Below are positions 38,948 to 48,230 of a stretch of DNA of 64,000 nt, in pieces; the stretch's first letter is position 1, and each line of letters starts with the position of its first letter. The notes beneath the pieces were generated by a model. The model did no database searches and was not told where the DNA came from. It saw only the letters and a list, made by a program, of their open reading frames with translations. Position numbers and translations under genes: made by a program. This stretch comes from Candidatus Bathyarchaeia archaeon. Lineage in GTDB: Archaea; Thermoproteota; Bathyarchaeia; Bathyarchaeales; Bathycorpusculaceae. The DNA lies in the NCBI GenBank assembly GCA_038882955.1, contig JAVZNC010000004.1, forward strand, positions 32,001 through 96,000, read 5' to 3'.

Positions 38948-39039
38948 TTTCTCACCTCCATTTTTAATCTGTGGCTGACCTAAAACTATTAGTGTGAGCT
39001 TTCGGCTTATTACTCTGCGCTTGCAATGCTGGTGTTTTG

Positions 39040-39912
39040 ATGAGCACGGCGGATGAGACGCGCTTAATTGAAGAGCGTAGAAGGCAGATGATTGAGCAGA
39101 TGGAGAAGCTCAAAAGTAGGATGGAGAAGGTTAAGCATAAAATTGCCGTTATAAGTGGCAAAGGAGGCGTTGGTAAAAGCACGGTTACAGTGAATTTAGC
39201 CGTTGCCTTCGCCGTTCATGGACACGCCAACCGCGTGGGCATATTAGACGCGGACATCCATGGACCGAGCGTGCCAAAAATTCTGGGCTTGGCTGGACAA
39301 AGATTGCAGGCTGGTCCGCCTGGGGTTTTTCCAGTTTTAGGTTCTTTGGGCATAAAGGTTGTTTCTATGGATTTCCTTTTGCCAGACGAGAATGCGCCAG
39401 TAATTTGGCGCGGACCATTGAAAATGACGGCTATACGCCAGTTCTTGTCAGACATCGTGTGGGGAGAACTTGACGTTCTGCTCATTGATTTGCCGCCGGG
39501 CACTGGAGATGAACCCTTAAGCGTTGCACAGTTATTGCCCGAACTGGACGGCGTAATCATCGTTACTATTCCATCTGAAGTTTCGCAGATAGTTGTTAAG
39601 AAGGCTGTCACCTTTGCTAGGCGATTGGGAATGCCAATTATAGGCGTTATCGAAAACATGAGTGGATTTGTTTGTCCAAACTGCGGCGCGAAAGTTGACA
39701 TTTTCCAGTCTGGCGGCGGAATGAAAATAGCTGAAGAGTTGGCTATACCTTTTCTTGGGAGCATACCAATAGACCAGAAAATCAGCGAGGCTTCTGATAG
39801 GGGCACGCCCTTCATAGTTGAGTATGGAGATTCTCCAGCGTCAAAGGCTTTCATGGAAATAGTGAAAAAGGTTGAGGAATTCCTAAAAGGCAGAGAAAAG
39901 GCGCAAGGATAG
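39040..39912 (+). CDS. Mrp/NBP35 (ApbC) Fe-S carrier ATPase
   Basis: [41 protein letters not shown]. Confidence 0.95.
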   Translation: MSTADETRLIEERRRQMIEQMEKLKSRMEKVKHKIAVISGKGGVGKSTVTVNLAVAFAVHGHANRVGILDADIHGPSVPKILGLAGQRLQAGPPGVFPVLGSLGIKVVSMDFLLPDENAPVIWRGPLKMTAIRQFLSDIVWGELDVLLIDLPPGTGDEPLSVAQLLPELDGVIIVTIPSEVSQIVVKKAVTFARRLGMPIIGVIENMSGFVCPNCGAKVDIFQSGGGMKIAEELAIPFLGSIPIDQKISEASDRGTPFIVEYGDSPASKAFMEIVKKVEEFLKGREKAQG

Positions 39913-39920
39913 ACGTGTAA

Positions 39921-40352
39921 ATGAGCGGAAAAGGCGAACTGCATTTTATAGGAGTTGTGGAAAAAGCTGGCGAACAAGAAGCCACTATAAACATTTTTCC
40001 AGAGTTCTGCGCGGGATTAAAGGGAATAGAAGAGTTTTCACACATAATTGTTCTGTACTGGGTTCATTTACGCGATAAGGAATGCGAAAGGCGGACATTG
40101 CTTGTTTTTCCGAGAAGACATGCGGTTAACGTTGAAGTTGGTGTTTTCGCGTGCAGAAGTCCTTCACGTCCAAATCCTATAGGCTTGTGTGTTGTTGAAC
40201 TGGTTAGGGTTGAGGGTTGCAGGCTTGTTGTAAGCGGGCTCGATGCTTTTGAGGGCTCACCGATAATCGATATTAAGCCTTACATTCCAAGGGCTGACGC
40301 GGTTCCAAACGCGCGTGTTCCAGAATGGACTTGCCATGGTCCAAAAACGTAA
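39921..40352 (+). CDS. TrmO/TsaA-like SAM-dependent methyltransferase
   Basis: GL.GIEEFSH, GVFACRSPSRPNPIGL, GLDA..GSPIIDIKPY. Confidence 0.9.
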   Translation: MSGKGELHFIGVVEKAGEQEATINIFPEFCAGLKGIEEFSHIIVLYWVHLRDKECERRTLLVFPRRHAVNVEVGVFACRSPSRPNPIGLCVVELVRVEGCRLVVSGLDAFEGSPIIDIKPYIPRADAVPNARVPEWTCHGPKT

Positions 40353-40359
40353 TGGGCTG

Positions 40360-40710
40360 TTAACGTTTACCTTCACAGTCAAAGCACATGTCAGTCTGCC
40401 TATTCGTCCAGAACGTTTTTCCGCATCTTACACATTTCACTTTATGCAACAATCCTTTCTCTTCAGTTTTCACAAGAGTCCACGTGCCTGCTCTTCTTGG
40501 GAAACTTATGGCTTTATTGTGGCATAGTGGTTCGCATGCAGTACAACCGCTAACGCACTTATGTGGATTTGCAACTATAACTTTCCCATATTGGAAGGCG
40601 AAGACTCCGTGCGGACAGAATTCCACGCATCGTGGCTTCCCGATTTTTCCACATCCATCACACTTTTCCGGAAAAATTGTTGGATACCAAGCGCCACATG
40701 CCTTTGCCAT
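40360..40710 (-). CDS. 4Fe-4S ferredoxin-like protein with C-terminal Zn ribbon
   Basis: CDGC......CVEFCP, CVSGCTACEPLC, then CVRCGKTF...CFDC. Confidence 0.8.
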   Translation of the reverse strand: MAKACGAWYPTIFPEKCDGCGKIGKPRCVEFCPHGVFAFQYGKVIVANPHKCVSGCTACEPLCHNKAISFPRRAGTWTLVKTEEKGLLHKVKCVRCGKTFWTNRQTDMCFDCEGKR

Positions 40711-40911
40711 TCATCTTTCGCCTTTAAGGCTTTTTCTGCAGTCAAGGCAATATTCTGTTTCAAAATTTGCCAAAAAAGTTTTGCCGCATCCCTTACACTT
40801 AACCTCTTTAAGCATGGCATCCTTAATGGGCGAAACAGTCTTTAAGATGTCCGCTGCTGCTTGAGAACACGCGCAAGGCGAACTTGTCTTGGCTTTTTTA
40901 TCCTTCGCCAT
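40711..40911 (-). CDS. Small Cys-rich Zn-ribbon protein
   Basis: ATG at 40911, 2 bp after the permease stop; PCAC and CKGCGKTF...CLDC. Confidence 0.75.
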   Translation of the reverse strand: MAKDKKAKTSSPCACSQAAADILKTVSPIKDAMLKEVKCKGCGKTFLANFETEYCLDCRKSLKGER

Positions 40912-40913
40912 TT

Positions 40914-41948
40914 TTACAGCGACCCAGACAACATGCCATACAAAAGTCCAAAGATTACGCTGCCCGCCCACGCTATAAACATGTAGGTTAGCACAACTTT
41001 CCATTTGGCTATTCTTGAAACGGCTAAGGCGTTGGCTACGTCATATGGTTGCCCCATAAGCCAACTAAGCAACGCGCCTTTCGACATGCCTAAGTCCCGC
41101 ATTGCCTTGCCCAAGACAACTTCAACAAGCGTTGGCGTGTAGAGGGGCCCGCCAAGCACCGAGGCAATCAATATTCCTGTGACTCCTGTTAGGTAAGTTC
41201 CAACAATGTCTTCTGGTAGGAATGCTTCCACATAGCTTACCGCGATTAAGCCCAGTATGAAGAACGGTAGAATCTGTTTTGCCAAGTATCCTGCAAACTT
41301 TAGTGATGCCCAGAGTCTTTCATCCAATGGAGGTTTGACAATTTCCACCTTGGCTGAAGCAGCGTTGACTATTTGGTGTTCTTTTTCGATGGCTTTACCC
41401 CACGGTGTCTTCGAAATAATTACGCCCGCAGCTAGGGCTACTGTTGCTGATGCTATGATGCGGACTCCTGCGATTTCCCAAGAAATCATTTCGCCAGTAA
41501 GCAGAATTGTTAGAATGTTTGCTGCTGGCGCCATTAGAAGGAAAGTCATTGCCGGACCAATTCCTGCGCCGGCGTATAAGACTCCGCCGAAAAGCGGAAC
41601 CATTGTGCATGAACATACCGTCAGAAACGGCGCCATTGCAAGGGCAAGTCCATATCCTGCAACTTTTCCGCTACTCATGTATTTTGTTATTGCCTCTTTT
41701 GGCACAAACTCGTAAATTAAGCCCGCGGTTGTAAATGCGAATAGGAGGCAGATTGTTCCGTGGCTAAAATAGTCGATTAGGTATACTATTGGGATTTGCC
41801 ATATTGGCAGTCCGCGTAAATCAACTGGTTTCGATTGTGGCGCAAGCGAGTACGCTGTTATACGGCTGTAGATTAAGAGCGCTATGACTATGACTATGAA
41901 AGCCAAGATTATGCTTGTCCTGATTTTCTTGGCTGTGTTCTCGTCCAT
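40914..41948 (-). CDS. ArsP/DUF318-type permease
   Basis: PFLTVCSCTMVP, G.GPAMTFL..AP..N, GGPLY; multiple TM segments. Confidence 0.85.
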   Translation of the reverse strand: MDENTAKKIRTSIILAFIVIVIALLIYSRITAYSLAPQSKPVDLRGLPIWQIPIVYLIDYFSHGTICLLFAFTTAGLIYEFVPKEAITKYMSSGKVAGYGLALAMAPFLTVCSCTMVPLFGGVLYAGAGIGPAMTFLLMAPAANILTILLTGEMISWEIAGVRIIASATVALAAGVIISKTPWGKAIEKEHQIVNAASAKVEIVKPPLDERLWASLKFAGYLAKQILPFFILGLIAVSYVEAFLPEDIVGTYLTGVTGILIASVLGGPLYTPTLVEVVLGKAMRDLGMSKGALLSWLMGQPYDVANALAVSRIAKWKVVLTYMFIAWAGSVIFGLLYGMLSGSL

Positions 41949-41962
41949 ACGTTTTAGCCTTC

Positions 41963-42235
41963 TCACTTTGCAGCTTCTCTCAAAAGCTTTTCCAGCTCAT
42001 CCACGCTTGGGGCTCTGCCCATAATCTTGACAACGCCGTTGATGGCTATTGCGGGAGAAACCAAAACGCCGTACTTTTGCACCGTTTCCTTCGAGATTAT
42101 GTTTACCTTTTCAACTGTGACTGGTATTCCAGCCGCCTTTAGCTTTTCCGCTGTTTTATCCACAGCCTTCTTTGCAGCTTGGCAACGCATACACGGCGGC
42201 TCAGGACCGATAACTTCGACTTTTACTTCTTTCAT
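41963..42235 (-). CDS. Small thioredoxin-like protein
   Basis: GPEPPCMRC, KYGVLVSPAIAING..K..GR.P. Confidence 0.85.
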   Translation of the reverse strand: MKEVKVEVIGPEPPCMRCQAAKKAVDKTAEKLKAAGIPVTVEKVNIISKETVQKYGVLVSPAIAINGVVKIMGRAPSVDELEKLLREAAK

Positions 42236-42270
42236 TTCTGATCACCATGTGGACGTGATAAAGTTTATAG

Positions 42271-42286
42271 CAATATTTAAATATTG
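42271..42286. promoter_or_regulatory. Palindromic operator 1 (probable ArsR site)
   Basis: Perfect palindrome CAATATTTAAATATTG in the divergent intergenic region. Confidence 0.75.
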
Positions 42287-42331
42287 TTATGAGCTTTACC
42301 TTGAACAACCATAAAACTGGTTGAGAACGCA

Positions 42332-42682
42332 ATGGCAAGTGCAAAAAGTGTTAAACCTTCTTGGCATGGAATTCCACGCGAAGAAATTAAGTGGCATCCG
42401 ACGGTTGAACGCGAACTCTGTATTGGATGTGGCTTGTGCGTTTTGGGATGCGCCGCCAATGTTTATGCGTTCGATTATAACCAAAACAAGCCGGTTGTGG
42501 TTGCGCCATTAAACTGTAAGGTCGGCTGCGTAACATGCGCAAACACATGCCCAACTCACGCCATAAGTTTTCCGCCACTCTCCTATCTTCATAAAGTCAT
42601 CAAACAAAAGAAAGTTTTGGCAAAAAGCAGCGAAGAACTGAAAGAAAATATGGAACGACTTGCCTATAAAAGTGAAAAGTAA
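42332..42682 (+). CDS. 2x[4Fe-4S] ferredoxin family protein
   Basis: WHGIPREEI.W.PTV, CIGCGLCVLGC, CKVGCVTCANTCP. Confidence 0.88.
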   Translation: MASAKSVKPSWHGIPREEIKWHPTVERELCIGCGLCVLGCAANVYAFDYNQNKPVVVAPLNCKVGCVTCANTCPTHAISFPPLSYLHKVIKQKKVLAKSSEELKENMERLAYKSEK

Positions 42683-42692
42683 AGTGTGGCGA

Positions 42693-43031
42693 ATGGGCAA
42701 CACTAAAAATGGTGTTATACGAATTAGAACATGGAAGGAATTCAGAGAAATAGCAGACAAGACAGGCGCTTCCGTCGTTGTCTATAACATTGAGCAAAAC
42801 GCCTTTTCAGAAAACAAAGAACTCACGTGCTTGAGGTTGATACTCCCATGTGAAGGCGTACAGTACGTTTTCCTTGATTTTCCAAAAGGAGATAAGCTAA
42901 GGGAAACTGGCATCACAATCCGCAAGGATAGACATGGTAATCGCTACCTACACGATGAAGATATAATTGGTTTCTTGAAAAGGGAAATTGGAAAAGAAAA
43001 CCTTCAAATATGTTCTTACTGGACAATTTAG
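42693..43031 (+). CDS. Hypothetical protein
   Basis: Co-oriented ORF between the ferredoxin and ArsR genes; ATG at 42693. Confidence 0.65.
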   Translation: MGNTKNGVIRIRTWKEFREIADKTGASVVVYNIEQNAFSENKELTCLRLILPCEGVQYVFLDFPKGDKLRETGITIRKDRHGNRYLHDEDIIGFLKREIGKENLQICSYWTI

Positions 43032-43038
43032 TCAATAA

Positions 43039-43054
43039 CAATATTTAAATATTG
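43039..43054. promoter_or_regulatory. Palindromic operator 2 upstream of arsR
   Basis: Identical CAATATTTAAATATTG, 20 bp before the ArsR ATG. Confidence 0.75.
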
Positions 43055-43074
43055 ATATTAACCTTTTTTCACAC

Positions 43075-43404
43075 ATGCAACAAACAAAAACAAAGTCAAA
43101 ACTGAATACGTTTAAAGCGAAAATTTTCAAGGCACTAGCAGACCCGGTAAGACTAGACATAATTAATCTGCTACGTGACGGCGAAAAATGCGTCTGCGAA
43201 ATCGTCCCAAAAGTCAGGGCAATTCAACCAGTAGTTTCGCGCCACTTAAAAATCTTGAAAAGCTGCGGCATTCTTAAAGAAAGAAAAGCTGGGAATAGAA
43301 GGCTATATTCCGTCACTGACCCGAGAATTTTTAGAGTTATTGACGCCTTAACAGATGAGCTTGTTGAATCCCTATCAGAAAGCATGTTAGAACAAATAAT
43401 TTGA
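43075..43404 (+). CDS. arsR: ArsR/SmtB family repressor
   Basis: FKALADPVRL.I, EKCVCEI (alpha3 CxC metal/metalloid site), VSRHLKILK. Confidence 0.9.
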   Translation: MQQTKTKSKLNTFKAKIFKALADPVRLDIINLLRDGEKCVCEIVPKVRAIQPVVSRHLKILKSCGILKERKAGNRRLYSVTDPRIFRVIDALTDELVESLSESMLEQII

Positions 43405-43417
43405 TTGGTGATCAAGA

Positions 43418-43678
43418 ATGGTTGTAAAAGTTGAGGTTTTCACCGCCGAACCTCCATGTGCGGGCTGCCTAAAACTCCTGGAATATGCGGATTTGATCAA
43501 AGCCAAATACGGTGAGAAAGTTGATGTGATAAAGCATATTGGTCCATGCGAGGGATTCGGCAAGTACGTCCTAACAGTGGTTCCGGCAGTGGTGTTCAAT
43601 GAGGGCAAGATAAAGATTATGGGCGTTTGTCCAAGCATGCAGACTATTGAGGCGGCGCTTAAAGAAATGGGGGTGTAA
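43418..43678 (+). CDS. Small thioredoxin-like protein
   Basis: EPPCAGC, VVPAVV, GVCP. Confidence 0.82.
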   Translation: MVVKVEVFTAEPPCAGCLKLLEYADLIKAKYGEKVDVIKHIGPCEGFGKYVLTVVPAVVFNEGKIKIMGVCPSMQTIEAALKEMGV

Positions 43679-43680
43679 AC

Positions 43681-43938
43681 ATGCCAGTAAAAGTTGAAGT
43701 TTTCACTTCTGAGCCGCCATGCTCTGGCGGAAGACTACTGTTAAAGCTTATCGAGAAGGTTAGGCAGGAATATGCTGATAAAATTGAAGTGGAAATCTAT
43801 CGCGGAGTATGCCAAAAACTTGATGAGTATGGAATACGCGCAAGTCCAGCAATCGTAATTGACAAGGATATTAGGATAATCGGTGTCTGCCCAAGCGAAG
43901 AAACGCTTAAAGAAGCCCTAAGAGAAGCTGGCGTATGA
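43681..43938 (+). CDS. Small thioredoxin-like protein (CxxG variant)
   Basis: EPPCSGG, YGIRASPAIVI, GVCP; paralogue of the preceding gene. Confidence 0.8.
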   Translation: MPVKVEVFTSEPPCSGGRLLLKLIEKVRQEYADKIEVEIYRGVCQKLDEYGIRASPAIVIDKDIRIIGVCPSEETLKEALREAGV

Positions 43939-44024
43939 GCAGCTACGACATATTTGAGATGCTTCGACAAACAAAGAAAACGGAAACGCTCTTTAGCAAT
44001 TTCGGACTGAACAGAATAATTAGT

Positions 44025-44100
44025 TGGTAGCCCGGGAGAGATTCGAACTCTCGTCGGCGGGTCCAAAGCCCGCTATGCTTGTCCGCTACACCACCGGGCT
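44025..44100 (-). tRNA. tRNA-Gln(TTG), CCA encoded
   Basis: AGCCCGG/CCGGGCT acceptor (A1-U72); anticodon arm GCGGG-CTTTGGA-CCCGC. Confidence 0.96.
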
Positions 44101-44106
44101 TTTCTG

Positions 44107-45231
44107 TTATTCAGCTTTTAAGTAGTTCTTGATTAGTGTTTTCCTTTCTCCCCGTATTTCCACTATTATGTTTCTCGCTTTTTCGGTTGTTTCAACCGCC
44201 TTGTTCCTATCAATTTCGTCTAATTCCAAAAATTCTGCAATATTCTTGTAGCTTTTTGGGTTTTTCTCTTCTAGGCGTTCTAGTGTGCGTATCAAAGTTG
44301 TGTGGTCCACCTTTGTCTTTTCGATGGTTGACTTGAACCAGGCATAGTTTTCAATCATGTCTAGGAAGGTGTTTCTGAGATAGTTGTAGGCTTCGCCTGT
44401 TTTCTCCTGTTCGATTAGTGCTGTTGTTCGAAGTATTGTACCTTGCAAGAATGCGGGATTAAGGTAGTAGCCCAGCTTCTTCCGAACCTTAAAGTGCATA
44501 GCCTCTAATACTTGCCGGTTGTTTGTTATGTTGGCTTTTGCCTCCTCCCAAACCATTTTAAAAAGCTTCAGTTTGCCATTAACGTCGGTGCTTTCCAAGC
44601 CCCTTAAACCAGCAATTTCCAAGTATTCCCTAAACGTCTTTTGCATCCCAAGTTTTGTTGCCGCCCTTTCCAGTTTTTCCAAGAATCTGCTGTTTGAAAA
44701 TGATTCTAAGGCTATCTCAAGCAGAACCTTCAATATGCTTTGTAGGGCTACCGTTACGAAAATGTACGCACTTTGAAAGTCTCCTCGCGAAATGGCGGAT
44801 GTTGCGCGGCTTAGGTAAATGTCTGAATCTATTATGTGAGATTCCGCTCTGATGTCAACTCTTTCTGGCGAGCAGTAAACCTTAGCCATCAAAATCTTCG
44901 TGTTTGTTAAACTCCAATCTCTATCGTAAAGGATTTGCATCTCATACAATTTCTGGTCTAGTTCTGGCGAGATGGGACCATTTAACCAGCTTTTTGGTAC
45001 ATGGTCGAAATCTAGGAATAGACCTCCCAATTCTGCCCTCTCAACATACTCGTAATTAGAGCTACCTTTTTCTAGGATAAACAGGTCTACATCGCTTGAG
45101 GGTGCCGCCTCGTTTCTGCTCCAGCTTCCGAAAAGTCCAATGCCGTAAATGTTTTCCGCCGTTCGCAGTTCGCCAACAGTCTTTTCTAGGGTTCTTCTGA
45201 TTTTTTCCGGAAGTCTTATCATGGTTGACAT
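44107..45231 (-). CDS. Pol-beta-superfamily nucleotidyltransferase with helical C-terminal region
   Basis: GLFGSWSR.....SDVDL motif. Confidence 0.8.
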   Translation of the reverse strand: MSTMIRLPEKIRRTLEKTVGELRTAENIYGIGLFGSWSRNEAAPSSDVDLFILEKGSSNYEYVERAELGGLFLDFDHVPKSWLNGPISPELDQKLYEMQILYDRDWSLTNTKILMAKVYCSPERVDIRAESHIIDSDIYLSRATSAISRGDFQSAYIFVTVALQSILKVLLEIALESFSNSRFLEKLERAATKLGMQKTFREYLEIAGLRGLESTDVNGKLKLFKMVWEEAKANITNNRQVLEAMHFKVRKKLGYYLNPAFLQGTILRTTALIEQEKTGEAYNYLRNTFLDMIENYAWFKSTIEKTKVDHTTLIRTLERLEEKNPKSYKNIAEFLELDEIDRNKAVETTEKARNIIVEIRGERKTLIKNYLKAE

Positions 45232-45429
45232 TTTATTTCGCTCACAAATTATTATTACCTTTTATTATTCAAAATTTGTGGAGTCGATACTTCAAATAAA
45301 ACCGTAAAGCTTATATATTAAAACATTTCATCTAACTAGGCTCACCGGGGCCGGATGCACTCTTTCTCCGATAAAAGATGAGGAATATGGAAGGTAACGG
45401 TTCTCGAAAACTATAATGTGGGTGAAAAG

Positions 45430-46368
45430 TTGAGCAACAAAGAAAGCGGAACTCGCCAAAGATTAATCGACAAATGTCCAGAATGCGGTAGTGTAAACCT
45501 TGTTCACGATTACGACACTGGAGAAACCGTCTGCGGCGACTGTGGACTTGTCCTCTACGAGCAGATGATGGATAAAGGACCAGAATGGCGCGCCTTCACG
45601 CAAGAGGAGAAAGCCTCAAGAAGCCGCGTTGGAGTGCCAACATCCTACTCCGTTCATGACAAGGGCTTGTCAACAGCCATAAGCCAAGTTGACAGAGACG
45701 CCTTTGGAAGAAAACTTCCACTCTCAACGCGCTTGCAAATGTGGCGGTTGAGAAAGTGGCAGATACGCTCAAGAGTGCACTCCTCAGTAGACAGGAACCT
45801 AGCCCAAGCCATGGCTGAACTTGACCGCTTATCAGATAAAGTGTATATTCCGCCGCCGATTAAGGAGAAGGCTGCAGTCATTTACCGCAAAGCCTTGGAT
45901 AAGGGACTCGTCCGCGGAAGATCGATTGCCGCCATTGCTGCTGCGGCGCTTTATGCTGCTTGCCGCGGAAGCGGAACCCCGAGGACACTGCGTGAAATCG
46001 CCGAGGCAAGCCTTGTTGACAAGAAGGATGTTGCGCGTTGTTATAGGCTTTTGCTTAGGGAATTATCAGTTCAAATGCCCATAGCAGACCCACTAACGTA
46101 TGTTTCAAAGATTGCAGAGAGAACTGGAATTTCTGGTAAGACGCAGGGAATCGCCATCCAAATCCTTAGAGAAGCCAGAGAGAAACGTGCTGCTGCGGGC
46201 AAAGACCCGATGGGTTTGGCTGCAGCTGCGCTTTACATTGCATGTTTGCAGAATAACGAGAAGAAGACGCAAAAGGACATTGCTGAAGCTGCTGGCGTTA
46301 CAGAAGTTACGGTGCGAAACCGCTACAAAACATTGAAGAAACAGCTAAACCTGGAGCTCCCAGATTAA
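45430..46368 (+). CDS. tfb: Transcription initiation factor IIB
   Basis: CPECGS...CGDCG Zn ribbon, GPEWRAF, two cyclin repeats, GVTEVTVRNRYK; TTG after GGGTGA (alternative GTG at 45418). Confidence 0.98.
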   Translation: MSNKESGTRQRLIDKCPECGSVNLVHDYDTGETVCGDCGLVLYEQMMDKGPEWRAFTQEEKASRSRVGVPTSYSVHDKGLSTAISQVDRDAFGRKLPLSTRLQMWRLRKWQIRSRVHSSVDRNLAQAMAELDRLSDKVYIPPPIKEKAAVIYRKALDKGLVRGRSIAAIAAAALYAACRGSGTPRTLREIAEASLVDKKDVARCYRLLLRELSVQMPIADPLTYVSKIAERTGISGKTQGIAIQILREAREKRAAAGKDPMGLAAAALYIACLQNNEKKTQKDIAEAAGVTEVTVRNRYKTLKKQLNLELPD

Positions 46369-46380
46369 AAGTTTAAGCTT

Positions 46381-46584
46381 TTAACGTTCCTCTTTTTCAA
46401 GCTCCATTACTATTGGTCCATTGTATCCGCAGTTTTCGCAAACATACTTTTTTGGCGTTAACCAATAGTCTAAACTGCTTGATAAGCGTATGTTTGGGCT
46501 TCCGCATCTTGGGCAATATATTTTTGTTGGGCCTCTGCGTTTCAGCGACCCAAATACTTCTTTTAGGTTTTGTAATAGTTTCAT
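46381..46584 (-). CDS. Small Zn-ribbon protein
   Basis: CPRCGS...Y.CENCGYNGP. Confidence 0.8.
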   Translation of the reverse strand: MKLLQNLKEVFGSLKRRGPTKIYCPRCGSPNIRLSSSLDYWLTPKKYVCENCGYNGPIVMELEKEER

Positions 46585-46611
46585 TTTGGGCTTCGCCTTT
46601 TGCTGTTAGCT

Positions 46612-46923
46612 TTATTGGACTTCTATGTTTTCTTCTGGGTATCCGAGCTTTATAAGGTATTGGCGGACTTTTTCACGGTGGTCTCCTTGAAGCATTATTT
46701 GACCATTTTTCGCTGTCCCGCCGCATGCGCAGAAGCTCTTCAGTTTTTGGGCTATATCTGCTAGCCTAGTGTTTTTGTCGTCGTTTATGCCGTCAACTAT
46801 TGTTGTTGGTTTGCCAAACTTTCTTGTTTCAAGTCTTATGCGGATTCGCTGTTGCTCCTTCTCTATTTCGCCGCAAACACACAAGTCCTTTGGAAGCCCG
46901 CATGTTGGACAGATTTCAGCCAT
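46612..46923 (-). CDS. Translation initiation factor aIF1 (SUI1)
   Basis: MAEICPTCGLPKDLCVC, KLKSFCACGGT, LQGDHR. Confidence 0.95.
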   Translation of the reverse strand: MAEICPTCGLPKDLCVCGEIEKEQQRIRIRLETRKFGKPTTIVDGINDDKNTRLADIAQKLKSFCACGGTAKNGQIMLQGDHREKVRQYLIKLGYPEENIEVQ

Positions 46924-47047
46924 GACGCTCAAACTTACAATTAACATGGCAGTATATAAGATTTTCAAATTCACGATCTATAGTCATGTTTAAAACGCCT
47001 TACTGTTCGATAAAGCTTTAATGAAAACCAACGCTTAATTAACGCCC

Positions 47048-48196
47048 ATGAAAGTGTTAATCGTTGGCTGCGGAAACATGGGCGCCGTCGCAGCGGAAGA
47101 CCTTGCCAAAAGCATGCCGTCTGCCAAGATTGTTTTAGCCGACAAAGATGAAGAAAGAGCTAAAGAGGTTGCCCGAAAAATACGCGGAGAAAATGTTTCT
47201 TACTTACAGTTAGACGTGTCAAACAAGAGTAAGCTTGTCCATTCGCTTGAAGGCTTCGACTTGGCTCTAGGCTTTTTACCTGGAAATCTAGGTTATAGCT
47301 TGGTTGAGGCGTGCATCAAAGCGGGAAAAAACCTCGTCGACGTTTCTTACATGCCCCAAAATCCTTTGATGCTGAACGACACGGCAGTTAAAGCCAATGT
47401 GACCATTGTTCCAGAGTGTGGACTTGCTCCAGGCATAAGCAATGTTCTTGTTGGGCATGCGGCAAAAAGTCTTGACAAGGTTGAGAAAATTCACATATTA
47501 GTTGGTGGTATCCCCGAAAAACCAGTGCCGCCTTTAGATTATGTTGTAACGTGGTCTCCCGAAAACTTGATTGACGAGTACACGCGAAAAGCCAGAATAA
47601 TTGCTAATGGAAAAATTGTTGATGTTGAAGCTTTAAGCGGAATCGAGAATGTGGATTTTCCAGGACTTGGCAAGCTTGAAGCGTTTTACACCGATGGTCT
47701 TCGGACTTTGCTTAGCACTTTCAGCGATGTTGGTGAGATGTGGGAGAAAACCCTTAGGTACAAGGGGCATGCCGAGAAGGCGCGTTTGCTTAGAGCGTTG
47801 GGATTTTTTGAAGATGAGGCGTTGGATGTTGACGGCGTTAAGGTGTCACCGAAACGCTTCACGGCGAAACTTCTCCAAAAGAAGCTTTACATGCCAGAAG
47901 TTAAGGATGTTGTGGCATTGAAAGTGGAAGTTCTAGGGTTGAGCGCTGGACGAGAGGTTGGGTACGCTTATCGCTTACTAGATGTTTATGACGCGAAAAG
48001 CGGCAAGACAGCCATGGCTAGAACCACTGCCTATCCCGCATCAATTGTTGCACAGATGCTTCTTAAAGGCGTTATAAAAGCGAAGGGTGTTGCTCCACCT
48101 GAAAAACTTGGCATGGACGGTGAATTTTTCCGCAATTTTCTAGATGAGTTAGAGAGGCGTGGAGTAAAAATAGTTGAGGAAGAGGTAACAGTTTAA
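47048..48196 (+). CDS. Saccharopine/lysine 6-dehydrogenase family protein
   Basis: VGCGNMG, CGLAPGISN, TWS..NLIDEY, EAFYTDGLRTL, EKTLRY.GH, MARTTA. Confidence 0.88.
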   Translation: MKVLIVGCGNMGAVAAEDLAKSMPSAKIVLADKDEERAKEVARKIRGENVSYLQLDVSNKSKLVHSLEGFDLALGFLPGNLGYSLVEACIKAGKNLVDVSYMPQNPLMLNDTAVKANVTIVPECGLAPGISNVLVGHAAKSLDKVEKIHILVGGIPEKPVPPLDYVVTWSPENLIDEYTRKARIIANGKIVDVEALSGIENVDFPGLGKLEAFYTDGLRTLLSTFSDVGEMWEKTLRYKGHAEKARLLRALGFFEDEALDVDGVKVSPKRFTAKLLQKKLYMPEVKDVVALKVEVLGLSAGREVGYAYRLLDVYDAKSGKTAMARTTAYPASIVAQMLLKGVIKAKGVAPPEKLGMDGEFFRNFLDELERRGVKIVEEEVTV

Positions 48197-48230
48197 AGCA
48201 TTCGCTGCAAATTGCTTTATAAATGGCAGA

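Noticed and set aside
41963-43938. Selenocysteine read-through in the thioredoxins
   Set aside because: All redox motifs use Cys codons; no in-frame TGA at a Cys position.
43939-44024. RKRK-encoding stretch next to tRNA-Gln as an integrase remnant or att site
   Set aside because: Similarity is limited to four residues, and no duplicated tRNA 3' end was found in the window.
45330-45429. About 90-nt region before tfb as a structured RNA or C/D sRNA
   Set aside because: Only a 5-bp hairpin and no convincing C/D box pair.
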